DNA from: Eutreptiella sp. 'Long Island Sound 2002'
Taxonomy: Eukaryota; Protista; Euglenida
DNA length: 64,000 nt
Direction of reading: 5' to 3'
Assembly: GCA_964036045.1 (NCBI GenBank)
Contig: OZ038378.1
Location: forward strand, 4,588,001-4,652,000
Position numbers and translations under genes: made by a program. Each line of letters opens with the position of its first letter. The stretch's first letter is position 1. Of this stretch, positions 47,170-60,592 are shown in pieces. The notes beneath the pieces were generated by a model that was not told the DNA's origin, made no database searches, and was given only the letters and a program-made list of their open reading frames with translations.

Positions 47170-50100
47170 TGACCTTACTAGCTAGTGCAATAGCCATCTT
47201 CAATAGGATAGTGGAGCCATGTGGCTTCTAGGAGGGAATCCACTTTCATTTTTCACTTCTTAAAAAACAACGCCTCCTCATCGGCAGGAATTCGGCCACA
47301 AGCTGGACACTCAGTTGTGGTCAAGCAAAAACCACACCTTTCACAGTGCATGCACCACAAATACACTTTCCTCACCCACTACCCACAAATCCAAAGCAGG
47401 GGCAGAAAAGGTTCAAACAGGGCCACATCTTCCTGTGCGGGGCGGAATCGCCCTTGGGGTGCACTGCCACGGCAGCCTTGGATTGTGGACCTTGTTGTTT
47501 CACTCCGTTCTTGGGGGCTTTCTTTGAGGAAGATTGTTTGCATGGGGACAAAATTAGAAGTGCCCCTGCCGTCTCGGGGGCCCACGTGTGAGCAAAGTGG
47601 CCACATAACCCTGCCGTCTCGGGGGTACCCAGCACTCAACGAAGGGAAAACCAAAAGTGGCCGTCTTGGGGGCCCACATGTGGGCAAGATGGCTACATAC
47701 ACTATGCCGTCTTGGGGTCCCCAATGTGGGGACAAAATCAGAAGGGGCTGCATAACCATTGCCATCTTGGGGGGCCACGTGTGGGCAAAATGGCTACAGA
47801 ACCCCTGTTGTCTCGGGGACCCCCCCAAAAGGGGGAGAAATTCCAGTGGCTACAAAACCGGTGTTTTCTCGGTGTCCCCATAGTGGGGAGGATTCAAAGT
47901 GGCTGCATAGCCCTCTCAAAACACAGAAAGGTTGGTGGCATTCATTTGTGTTTTTTGGTGTAGGCCGCGTGCAACTCTGGTTTGGATGGTTGGTGTAGGT
48001 CGTGTAAGACAAAAAGCGTAAATCGTGTGCACTTTTTTTGCGGCTGTAGGTCGCGTGCACTGTTTTTTTTTTGGTGGATGTAGGTCGTGGGCCAACAGTG
48101 GCGCCAGCAGTTTGAGGTTCCTTCATGTGGGGTTTTGGGGGGGTGTCAGCTATCGTATGCTCAAGTGGGCGTAGGCCATTGCTGCCCAATTTCAGCCCGC
48201 GCAAATGTTGAAATGCCGAATGGGGATTCTCAAACCTGGGCTGCAAATAATGAAATCCGGGCTGAAAATAGCCCATTTTCATCCATGGACAGGTGCCATG
48301 GGTTTCCGCCAAAAAGCTGCACAACCAGGTCATGGTGGAAACTGGAACGCTGAGCATAAACATGTGATTTTTGACCCGCATTTTTCATGCTGCTTGCTGC
48401 TGCGAAACCCTGTTTCTCCCTGAAAGTTAAAATGGCTTGTAAACCGATTCTGGGGAACCCAGCTGGGTGGACGTTCTCTTGGCGCCTGTCCCCCGCCAAC
48501 ACCCATTCGGGGGGAGGGGGGGTTGGCAAGAGGCCATGGTGTTGGTTTGTTTGCCTTTGGTGGCGCCCATTGGCCTCTCGCCCTTGCACATTCTGACCCT
48601 CTGTGGGTCCAAACGTGTTTTGGTCATATCAAAGGAGCCCCTGGATGACTTGTCCAGGTGTGTGGGGGGCTGGGGGGGGGGGGGGATGCAGGGCCTACAT
48701 GGGTCTGTACAGCAGCGCTTGGTTAACTGCGAGTAGCCGTGAGCTTCGTTTAGGCAGTGCTGTGTTTCACTGGAAAATAACCCCAAAGCCACAGCCTCCA
48801 ATAACACACCTCTTCAAATGCTCTACTCCATTCCAAAGGCAGCGTCATCGAATCCTCCGTCTGAGAGCAACAAGAAACATGGTGCTAGCTTGTGCGCTGT
48901 GGTGCCATGACAGCTCCTCATTTGCGGTGCCCTTCTCTCATTCCTCATCGAGTCGAAGACCCCTTGGCTAAGGCATTGGCAAATCAGGGCCATACTGAAC
49001 AGGCAAAAAATCGACGGTTCCCTACAGTTCAGCGGGAAACCCAGAGCATGGCAATTAAGCCGCATGGTTGGCTGATGACGGGCGGCGGTTCATGGTAACC
49101 CAGTGGTGGTTTGTGGCGGACCAACGACAGCGAACGTACCCAGACAACGTTGAAACAGCCTTGGACAGCCACCACCTGATGCCTGAGGCCTAAAAGGACA
49201 TCCCTGCCAAATATGAATGGCTATGCAGGTGGAAACAGGCAAATTGCAACAGTCTGACACAAGCCAGTCAGGAAATGGGGGAGCACAAGAACAGTACCCT
49301 ATTGTCATCTCCAAACATCACCCTCTCCGTCAAATATGGGGCGGATCTGATGGGGTACTGCAGCTTGGAATACTTCCAGCCTACAACAATGCGTAGAGAC
49401 GGTAATGCAGAGTGGTGGACAAGATCGTTCCTAACCAGACCCCAATCGATAAGTCCAACAATTGCGGTCCCAACCGGCATCCGTTGCTTTTTATCTCTGT
49501 GGTCCACCTCCCAGCTCAAACCTCCTCCACCATCCCCTTAAGCACAGCCTCACATTTCACTTGCCTGTGTTGGGGCCATCACAATTCTCCTGCCCTTGTG
49601 TGCGCACCACTGCAGGTTGTACAGCTGAAGCACACAGCAAAGTTACCGAGATCACCTGTTGTGTTGAGCTTGATACTGCGGGGCACATGGGGCTCATACA
49701 GCATCTTGCCCTTCTCTCTTTTGTGCTCTTCTTCCACCTCCTCCAAAGTAGCATACTCCACCTACACCACAATGAAACCACAAGAATGCTCCTGAACTGT
49801 GGACATTCTGGTGGAAGGAGACCGCTACGAGCAACTGTTAATAATGCACTGCGACAACCTGAATGCACTTCGCACAGGGCACATCCAACATAAACCTTCT
49901 TTATTACCCTTCCAGCTCGCTCCTAATCCTAAATTGCCTGTTCTGTGGCTCGGTGACCCTGGACAACCAAGTGACCTGTGGGCGCTTAGGAACTTTTTCT
50001 GATGCCCTGCATCCCTGACCATTCACGTTTTCCAGGTCTATACACATAGAATCAACAGTATGCGGACTTTACAGGACGGCCTCAAAGCCTCCTCTGGCTC

Positions 50101-53100
50101 TAGGGTGTTCTGGCAACCCAAATGGTCTCAATGATGCTCCACGAAAATGCAATATGTTGGGAGAAATAGCCGATTAAGGTTTCAAGTACAGTGAGCTGTG
50201 TGCTGAAAACCCTCGACTTCGAATCCTAATCCTGCAGAAAGGGGTTCTATGGCTGCAGTTGGTATTGATAAACACACTTCGAAAAAAAAGCTTTGCAGCA
50301 CACCGGACCACCAAGTGACCTGCGGGCTGTTCGGCATGTTGAGCATTGCTCAGTTTTGTTAAGGGACATGGTGCAAAGACCTTCAACTGCGCCACATTCT
50401 AAGCCACAGATGGGGCAAATCTTGCACTGCTGCACCATGCGCACCCTTTGAGGTGGTTATCTCAGGAACTGCGGGACCATTTCCCTCTATTTCCCATGAT
50501 TTCCCTCTATGCTTTGTCCACTCCTGCCGCGTTGCCCTGAGTGGCTCCAATAGTTGCGCTGCCCACACTGTGCATAAACCGTGCCAAGTGCTCCGCCAAG
50601 AGCCCCACACATCCTCTGCTGGCACAATGTAAAACCCCCTTAACTTCCCCCTCAAACTACCCCCTTGTTTGATTTCTGGTCTGGACGGGTCTTCAGCATC
50701 TTGTCCAATGTTGTAACACCAATGTGAAGATTGGCTTGAGTTGCAAAGCTTTCTACACAAAATGGCCAACACAATCCTCCGTTGGAACACCTTTTGAGTG
50801 TGCAATGCAGTCACACAACTGTTAAAGAACCGCAAATGTGACCGCCACTTGGCCATGCAGCCTTTATTTAGGACATAGGCTGCATGCTAAAAGCAGCAAG
50901 ATTGGCTACCACCATGTCACACAAGCAGGAAGAGCAATGAGGTGAGAAATGTGCAACCGCAGCACAAGCCAGCAATGGTGTCATGCCTTTGGCTGTGACA
51001 TCTTGTGGGTACATTGCTCTTTCCCACTCACCACTGGGCCGCTAAAGGGCCATTTGGGTGCTGGCACTTTACCTTTTCCCTTTCCCTTTGTGCTTGCCTT
51101 CTTCGTTTCACCTACCCCTTGCATCACAGACAGTTAGGACCACGAGAGTCAGGTGTATACCATGGTTCTGTGGAATTAGTTTCCAATGGAGTGGCCCGCT
51201 CCAGTGCAATTCACAAGCTAAATGAGGCTCTAGAGCAGCACGTGCGCTCTACGCTGCAGACCGCCTCTGCTGCTTACACTGTTACTACTTTTTCCACTTG
51301 ACCCTTTTTCTTCCTTATCTGGCTAGTTGACCACAACCGATGCGGTCCTTAATGTTCACAACACCGCATAGGATCCCAAGATGCACAAACGCATTTTGCT
51401 AGTCTTCACAAGGCTGCCGCAGACTTTAAAAACAATGTCAACGGGCACATAGTGCTGACTATTTTACATTCATACAAGTTCTTGTAGTGTGCCCACACAA
51501 ACCACAGGGTTGGTATCACTATGCAAAGAGCCCTGTGCTACTTCCTACTGCCTTTTGCAAGTGCCCTGTAACATAATTACACATGCGTCCCCCAAAGCGG
51601 GGGTGCATGGAAATGGCTCCATAACCCCAACTCTCTAGGCAGAGTCACAATTAGTGCATCACCCCTGAAAATCCTGAAAATCCTGAAAAAAGGGAGGAAT
51701 GAAAATCGAAACATGACCCCTATCCTCTCGGGATCCGAATCAAAATGGCCAAACACACACTCCTATCACGGAATCCCCAAACAGGGGAGACATCAAAATG
51801 GCTGCACCACCCCATGCTATGATGGGCCCCCGCAATGGGGAGGAATCAAAATGGCCCCACAACCAATGCCAACTTGGCGCCGCCCAAACGGGGAGACATC
51901 AAAACGGCTACATACCTCTGTTATCTCAAAAAAAGCGGACAGAAAAAGGCTACCTGACGCTTGTCGTCTCAGGGTAAGTGGCAAGACATCAAAATGGCTA
52001 TATAACCCTCATGTTCCCAGAACGGGAAGCAAAAAAGCTGCCACAACAAACATTCTTCAGCAAAACATGGGGTTTCCCTCGGAAAATGCCCTAAAACTCC
52101 CCTCACAGTATTTTTGGGAAAAAGGGAGAGAGGTTTGCGAACCCAGACATGGTATCAACTTTCTTAACAACCCCCCCATCCCCCCCGGCCGCCGCGACGG
52201 AATTGGCTGCATAACCCCTGCTGTATCAGGGTTGGCAAAGTGTGGGGAGGACTCGCATGGCCACATAACCACCGCTGTATTAGGGTACCCAAGGCAGGGA
52301 AGTCTTGGATACCACTTGGGATCGCAATGGTCAGGGGTGTATAGGAATAAAAAGATGCCCGGTGTCCAGACACTCCCTCTTTAGCAAAGGCATAATTGAG
52401 ACACCTACATAACTGAACCTGAAACCTCCCAAAAATGTCCAAGAGATATGACCTTGATCTAAGCAACATGTCTGATGTGATTTCTTCTGGCATTGGACAG
52501 GGGCTGCAGTGGCAGACACAAGCAAGCATGCGACCTGGATGTGTGGCAAGCTCCTGATAGGCCAATCCAGCTTCGAAGGATCCACTGGTGTGACATCTGG
52601 CTTCTCATCGACCGGCTGATGGTCAGGTGCTGGGGCTTCAGGTGCTGTCTTTGGCTCTGGATTATGAAAATGACCAGTGCATTCTGCTGTACAGGGGCAG
52701 CCAGAGCTTCAATGAAGAGAATGGGAAAGGATTCATAGAGCCACCCCAAAACTGACCCCAAAATGAGAAATGGGAGGGATGAGGTGCAGAAAAGGGGCTA
52801 GCTTGACAGGACTGCAGATCAGTCGCTACCTTGACCCCCCCCCCCCCTTGAAACCCCCCCCCCCCCCCCCAATGTCGTGATGGTTCCCCCCAAAAGGCCA
52901 TGATGTCAGGTTTTGAAATAACCAGCATAGTCCTGACCCAATGCCAGACTCAAACAATCCAATCCTCCCCCCAAAAGGGGAGGGGGGTCACAAAGTGACA
53001 GTTCCCCCATTTGAGAACCGTCACTTTGGGGGGAATTGCACCACGCAATGGTAGCACTGAAACTGCAGCAGTTCCAGAAAAATCGAGAGAAACATTTTCT

Positions 53101-56100
53101 TCGGCGCATTTGGCGCCTGATTCCTATGCTTTTTGGGCCAAGTGATGGTCCCTGGGGGGGGGGGGGGGGGTTGCAAGGAGGGGGGGGGGAGATTTCAGGG
53201 GGGAGGGGGGCAAGGTACAAAGTTTCTGAGGAGGTCAAAATGGCCAAATAATTTGCATAAAAGAATTCATGAGACTCAAATTAAACATGAACCCGGAAAA
53301 TACTGCGGCTACATGTTGCTGTGGGCCCTCAGGGAAGAGAGGGGAGACCGGGTTTGGCAGGGGCTGAGTTTAGTGCACCTTGGTATGAGAAGTGCATGAA
53401 CGCCACGGGGTCCAAAGACGCAAGAGGGGACCTGCTTCGGTTGCTTGTGCACGATTTGCTGAAAGCCTGGAGGCTGCCGGCACCCTGGCCTGGCGCGTCA
53501 TCCGAAGAATGCAGACATGCGCTGCCAGTCCAAACAGGACCAGACACAGCAGGTGACGCCCAGAGAGGACAAGGGTAAACCCCATGTTATCAACCCAGTG
53601 ACCCCATGGAACATCGGCGAAAAGGGACCGCCAGAAAAAAAATCTGAATGGCAGAACAGAACAGCATACATGCCCACTGGATTCTGTGACATGCTGACTT
53701 CCGGCAAACAACCAGCAACCACCAGATACCAGCCCACCATTGTCGCTTCATCATCACCTGCCATCCATTCAGCCGCTTGTGGGGCAGAGGGCAGACATTA
53801 TGGCACCACCAAGGTCCCCAGGCGAAAAGGAGCTTGTGTGCCATATTTCAGCTGCAGAATCTGTGTTTCTGGCTGTTGCTTAGTAACGCGGCCGTGATTT
53901 GAAATAATCAGCATGATCCTGATCTCATAACAGACTCACTCAGTTCTTCTTCTTTTTTTTTTCACTCAATTCAATAATTCTCAAGTAACCCCAGGGACCA
54001 TGAAGCAACGGATACTTAGCTACCGCCCCTGTGTCAGAGGCAACCGGTCATAGCTCTTGAATGTTCTGCTGCACCGCAGCATTTCAAAACCAGTACTGAA
54101 TGTTGCCTTGAGTTTGCCCACATGCTATCGAATGTCTCTTAGGCTGGTTTAAATTGGTTTTCCCCCCATGGGCTTGGCACTTGCTGCTTCGCCCAACCAA
54201 ACCCCACGCACCTCCTTCCACCTCCCCTCACTGTCATCCACACAGTAGACGAGACAACAGTGCACAGTCGTGGACATTGCTGAACCCAAAGAACGTAGTG
54301 TCGCGTGACCATTGTGCTGCTGTGCCGGCGGCACCATCCGTCACCACCACCACCAGGGAGCACGGCTCCCTCTCCCCCTTGGAGCCCGGTGATTCACGCA
54401 AGGTCCTTGCGGCGCTCGTGATCACCGCGTATGCAAAACGGGTTATGCGGGCCGTTCGGTGCTTCCCGATCCCCTCCATCTCGGGATTCGAACCACCGAG
54501 CACATCCCACATATGCCCTGAGGAATACCACTCCACTGCAGACGATGATACATGCCGTGATCCCTACCGTCTCATCATGTTCATATACCCCTTGCCCTCC
54601 TGGGACCCAACTAGCTCTGTGTGGGGTGCAATCAGCATATATCGATACACCACCCTCATGACGTCCCCCATACCCCCATCATTGTCAAAGAGCATCCTCT
54701 TCACATGGGGTGGCACTTGTGGTGTTCTCGTGACCCACAGGACATGCGCTTGTCCGCCCCATGTGGCTCCCATTACAATATGCCCTAGCCCCCTCGCGCA
54801 GGTACATGCAGACCCTTACCTCCCACTTGTATGGGTGCGTCGTGGTGCTTTTCGGGCGCCAACGTACGGTTGCGTTTTCTTGGATTTCCATCTTGATCCT
54901 CCACAACACATGCACCAGCAAGGAGAATATCTCCTGTTTATGCATCACTTCCGGCTCGCCCCATCTGTGCACTCCACTATTGCACACTACACCAACTGAT
55001 GGTCACACCACTGCGCCACCTCCATGATGATCCGTCTGTCATGTTCCTCCGGCTCTTCAATGTCCATACGCGACCGCAGGGCCATCGTTTTGAGGCTTCC
55101 TCCTCGTATCACTGATGTCCGTGCTGTCGTGGGACGCTCCATGTGATTCCGAGTCCGGTAGGCGTGACCCCCGTACTCCTGTCGCTGTCCGCTCCCCCCA
55201 CTGTTGTCCAGTTGGGTATCCGCATCCGTGTCCATTTCGATGAGGCCCAACGAGATCCAAATGGACCCCGGGTCTTCACACTGGTCCTCGCACCACATCA
55301 ACCCCCAGGGCTGTCGAGTTTGTCATCTACTGAGACCCATACCTGTGTTGCTTGTGTGTCTTGCTCTCGTGGGTGACGTTTTGAAATAAGTAGCATGATC
55401 CTGACCTCATGCCAGACTCACGCAGGTCAATAATTCTCCAGTAACCCGGGGGGGGGGGGGGGGGCTCAGTGGCTGGAGATGACCCACCCAGCCAACCAGC
55501 CAGCCACAGCCCCCCTAGGAGTGGTGGTAGTGGGTCTGCAGCACTCGCACCCGCACTGGGTTGGCTAGGAGCGTGGCTCATGACCACCCACCCAACTGCT
55601 GACGACCAACTGTGTGCCTGACCTACCGGTGCAAGCAGTGACTGTTTGGCCGTGTCTACCACCACACATGGCGAGGGAGAGACGCCCCCACTTCCTCTCT
55701 AGGCAGTCTGAGGAGCTACTGGGGGTATCCTCAAAATGCACACGACCTCGCACCACATGGTGCCTGGTGTCCCCCGGTGGGGACTTTGGACCCCACCCGT
55801 GCCCCTCCACTTGAGTTTGGTGGGCACGACATGGAATTCTAGCACAAAGCCAACCCGCTTACCGGTTCGCACGGTGGTCCTAAACATAAAAACAAAAAAG
55901 AGTTCCGTTACGCTACGTTGATCGATGAGTCTCAAGTTGTTTCTGTGCTGACTAAGCTTGTAGGTACTGAAATGTGGTGGGGTTTAGTACTCTTTTTTTG
56001 TCGGTGGCAGGCAAGTCGGAATAAGTGGAATGGAAAGTCATCTTTTTGCTTTTGCTTTGGATGTAGTGCATCCATAGGTTCAGAGCTTGGGATTATGGCT

Positions 56101-56499
56101 TGAAAGAGCAGAGTCTTAAGGGGAAGAAGCTGAGGGTAGGCTCAGAAGGTCCATATTGAGAAAAAGATCAGCATCTAAAGTAAAGGGAGATCTACTAAGG
56201 AGAAACATACATCATACTCGCTCACAACAGCACATCTTTGGGGTGAAGGATTTAAGGTCAAAGCACTCAATAGTGGGGTCAAAACAACCGGTGAGGTTCC
56301 TTCACACATGAACCTCAACAACATGTCCTAACCACAAACTACTACCGAGTACTCTGCGCCTCACGCTGGTTAATAGTGGTCAAATGCCGGGTGCGAGGCT
56401 CCAAGACAAGGCCCGGGTATGGCGCCTACTAGGGTGTGCACTAATGGTGTTGGGTGTGTGCATCCTTTGGATGCCAAACACTAAGCCAAATGCACCCTG

Positions 56500-57085
56500 C
56501 CATCCTAGAGGGAAGTGAAATGGCCCTACCATCCGAGGAAGAAAGAACTTAGCTGCATCAGCATTGCTCTTGGGGAGAAGTGAAGTGGTCACATGACCTC
56601 TGATGCCTCGGGGAGAACTTAATTGGTTGCATTAGCCGTGCTATTTTGGGGAGAAGCGGCATGGGTATGCAAGCAGAGGTTTCATTTCTCCCTAAGACGG
56701 CAAAGCTTACGTAGCCATTCCACTTCTGCTTGAGAAAGAAGGAGTTATAGATTCATTTTGTTTCTCCCTGAGATGGCAGAGGTTACACGGCCATTTCATT
56801 TCTCCCTTGCACGGTAGGGGTGACATAGCCAATTTATTTCTCTTGGGACAGCGGTGGTAACGCAAATGTTTCACTTCTTTCCAAGACGGCAAGGTGTAAG
56901 AAGGCATTGCATTTTATTTTGAGACGGCAAGGTTTGCGCAACCATTTCATTTCCTTCCCGGCACAATAGAGGGTATGCAACGAATTTCTTCCCCTTCGAG
57001 ACAACAAGGGGTTTACATAGTCATTTCACTTCTTCCTAAGACGACAAGGTTACATAGCCAATTTGCTTCTCTCCGAGATGGCATA
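56500..57085. repeat. ~40-bp tandem satellite that reverses orientation at about 56676
   Basis: GAAGTGAAATGG...GGGGA-type units before 56676; reverse-complement units (CCATTTCATTTCTCC..AGACGGCAAGG) after. Confidence 0.65.
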
Positions 57086-57654
57086 CGAAGGATTTGGACT
57101 CGGAGGCCGATCTTAAGACTCAAAGGCCGCTTGGAGGGTGCACAATGGCGTCCCCGAGGACTTGGCGTGTCGGCCAGCCATGCCATATGAGATGCACTCC
57201 TTGGGCCCTCAACGGACTTGATCCCCATGAGCCCTCTTGTGACCCCCCCCCCCCCCCCCGGGCGGCGAAGGAGAATGCTTTCTGCGCGCTGCAGGTGCGC
57301 TGTAAGCGCCGGGTTTGAGAAACCTGTTTTATTGCAGACTGTTCCGGAAACAAACCAGATAACTGAGAAATAGCACACGTTGATCTTTTGGCACCATCGC
57401 CCCATCAATGCGAAGACTATGGCCCCGGCTCATGTGTAAAGCGTGGTAGGGAAGTCTCCCCCTTCTACTGTGGTTAAGGAGGAGGGGCGTTACTCCCTCG
57501 GCCAGAAGTAGCAGAGCCCCTATACTACTTCCTTCCCCATAGCCCCCTACGTCACAGGATGCCCATTTATGTGACATAGTCGTTTCGCTTCGCAATTGCG
57601 ACGTTTTGCGGTTCGAGTCGTTGCGCATTTCGATTTGACGCCAACTATGCCGAA

Positions 57655-58666
57655 TTAATTACTCACAACGATGTCGTTTGGCGAGTAGTTGATATCCAAA
57701 GACACATAGTCGGCGGAGCATGACGTCAGAGAAGAGCCTGAGGTTGTGTCGGAGTGGGAGTCGGAGTCGGAGGACAAAGAAGAATCGTCATCCAAGGTAC
57801 ATGGCTTGGTGCGGAAGATCAAGTTTGGGAAGTGTGCCCAAGGTCCAACGGGTTGGTACCGCACCACAGCATGCACCATCCAATGGAGACGCTGGATGCG
57901 CTCCACCACATTCATCCCCAACTTGTGGGACACCTCACGACATACGGCCCAAGAGTAGAGCTAGCAGAAGGGATGCCCTCCACGCCCACGAACGAGGGAG
58001 TGTCCATCATTATACTTGGCGCACCACCGAGATCCTTCTTCTTCGGTTTCGGGAAGGGGATAATCCCATGCTTGCGGCCTAGGAATCCTCCATCCAAGAG
58101 GATGACCTCGCCCTTCTTCAAGTCGGAGACTTGTGGCCCATGCTCCTTGAGGATGCGCGTGTCGTGCTCCGGACGCCGCATGCAAGTCCGCCAACCCAAC
58201 GGTACATGCCCAAATCGTCAATCAGCAACAAGAGCTTGTACACCTCGTCTTCATACTTGGGCTGAAACAACACATCGTTGATGATGTCACCAATGGAGCC
58301 CACCGGAAAGCAATCCCCGATGAGTGTAACCAAGTACCGATATTGGCGGGTGTGTTTGTACTTGTTGAGGCGCCCCTCAAAATCCAATTCGTCAGCCAAC
58401 TCCAAGAAGTAGTCGAGACAAGTCGAAAATTCCTCCCATACCGAACAATCACACTTGTCTGCGTGCGTCTCCGATTGGGCATTGTCAAAGCTGGGGTTTT
58501 GCTTCAGAATGTATAGGAATTGAAAGACGGACTTCCGCTTCTCAAACGGACTACCCTTGTGCCCATACTCGTAGTATAGCTCCTCGGCGGACACAATGCT
58601 CAATGTGGGTGGCGGCGGCCCGCGCCAGGGGCCCCTTGTCCGCGGGCTGACGATTGCATTTAACAA
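57655..58666 (-). pseudogene. PIF/Harbinger-type (DDE_Tnp_4-like) transposase pseudogene, near full length
   Basis: Across three frames: VTLIGDCFPV, QPKYEDEVYKLLLLIDDLG, EHDTRIL, VILLDGGF, IIPFPKP, KYNDGHSLVRGR, GPWAHFP. Frameshifts plus a stop at about 57961. Shares the GPWxHxP motif with the copy at 21.7-22.3 kb. Confidence 0.75.
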
Positions 58667-60520
58667 GTGTCCCCCACTACTAGGGAGAAATCAATGGCTC
58701 CCAATGCTCAGCACGGGGACAAAATCAGAAATGGCCCACATGTTGGCATAGTGGCTACCTAACCCCTGCCCCCGGGTTGACCAAGGGGGGGGGGGGGGCG
58801 GCGACTACAATTGGTCCTGATGCAACACCCCCCCCAGCTATCTGTCAAAACTTGGGGGCGGGGGGGGGCGGCTGGGGGGGGGGGCGCAGTTGGGGGGGGG
58901 GGGGCAGCTGGAGGGTCTAGAGAGTCGGGGGGGGGGGCTGGAGGGTGGGTGGGGGGGGGTCGGCCGTGGGGGGGGGGGGATTCCCAAGGTGGGGGGGGCT
59001 ACGCGCGACCCACGGCAACCACATGCATACCTCTAGAGGGGATGTGTGTCTGGGGCGGGTATGAGGAAGCTGCTGGTGGCTATTGCGAAGTAGGGGCTGC
59101 AGATTGGCAGGTGTGTCCACAGTGGTTGTGGTGATCTTCACTTCGCAACAAACAACATTTATTTAGCACCTCGTCTTGCTAATCTGGCGCTCAAAACATG
59201 GATGGTTCGATGAAAGGGAAGCATGCACAAAAAAACTTCGGTGCCGTTGGCGCCATGGCCCCGACACCACTATCTCTCGAAACTGGGGGGGGGGGGGGGC
59301 TGGGGGGTGTCGCATACAAGGACCGGGCCCGGCCGCCCCCTTGTGGGGTTGACACCCCGTAACATAACCCGTGCCTTCTCAAGGTCCCCATGGTGGGGCC
59401 ATGCTTTCTAGTAAAACCGGGCCCCAGCCCCCCAGGGAGCACAACAAGGTGGAATCTAAAAAGCTCCACAAATTAGCACAAAAGGCAGGTTTCCCAAACT
59501 GCGCGCCGCAGGAAAAGCCTTCTCAAGGGCCACGCCCACTAGATGCTCCGCACTCTGGGTCGCAAACCCAGCCACGGATCAAAATCGTATGTGAAACAAC
59601 ACCTGAGGAATGGAGGCCACCTGGGTATCTGTCCAAAAAACAACGTTTCGAAGGCAAAAGATGCCAAGGTACACCAAAAGCAAAACAGAGTTTGGAGCTC
59701 ATTACGATGCCAACAGTTGAGAAAGTACCCAAGATGCACACAAAAATAAGCATGGGAGGCAAGGAAAGCACCCCGTAGTTGAACATGAAGGGATGACATG
59801 AGACTACATAGGAGACGTGCCGCATCATCCAGAGTGGGCTGCAGAGGACCTATGTACCAAGTAGGTTGTGCCTAAGAAGGTTGTGCCTGCCTTCAGTGAT
59901 CAGCAGACTTGCTACAAGTGTGCGGCAAACCACACGTCGGCACACGCCGGCACACCTCCCTGCTAGATGTTCAGACACAAAACCACCCCCTTGCCAGTCG
60001 TCGCCACATGCCTGGCACATACCATTGGAAAGATGTCAAGCACCTCCGCACAGTTTGGTATTTCGCCCAGGTGCAGTATGCTGGCGTTTGCACCTCCCTG
60101 CAGATTGCTGATACTACAAATTGAACCAGGGTTATCTCAACCGAGAATGCCCTGCTTAACCACTAGGGTACGAGCCATCTCTAGCAAGGTACAGCTCAGG
60201 GGTAGTATTCATATTCAGTCCGATATTTTTTTCATCCATTATTCAGATCTCCTGAAAATTCCAACTGTTTTGAGTATAGACACATGGGGGTGAAAAAACA
60301 GTTCCCGGGGGGGGGGGGGGAGGGCCCGGGTTGGCACGCGGGCTGACCGGGGGGATTTTAGGCTGGTGAGGTGCAAATTCGCCGTCCATAGTCGCGACAC
60401 GTCGGCACACGCCAGCCCACCTCCCCGCCAGACGTCGTCAGACGCAGAACCACTTCTCTGCCGGACGCCGCCAGACGCAAACCCAGCCACCCACTGCACA
60501 CTAGCAGCTTTACCCCTGTA

Positions 60521-60592
60521 CTCCCCTAGTTCAGTGGTAAGAGGCACAAGGTTGTAGGCATCCCGCCACAGGTTCGATTCCCAGTCTGCCCC
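60521..60592 (+). pseudogene. Degenerate tRNA-like sequence (A and B boxes)
   Basis: TAGTTCAGTGG (A box) and GGTTCGATTCC (B box) at tRNA-like spacing; stems do not pair properly. Confidence 0.45.

Noticed and set aside
49300-50900. Scattered coding-like snippets (e.g. DILVEGDRYEQLLIMHCDNLNALRTG near 49800; 43069-43187)
   Set aside because: Could not be chained into a phase-consistent gene or matched to a family.
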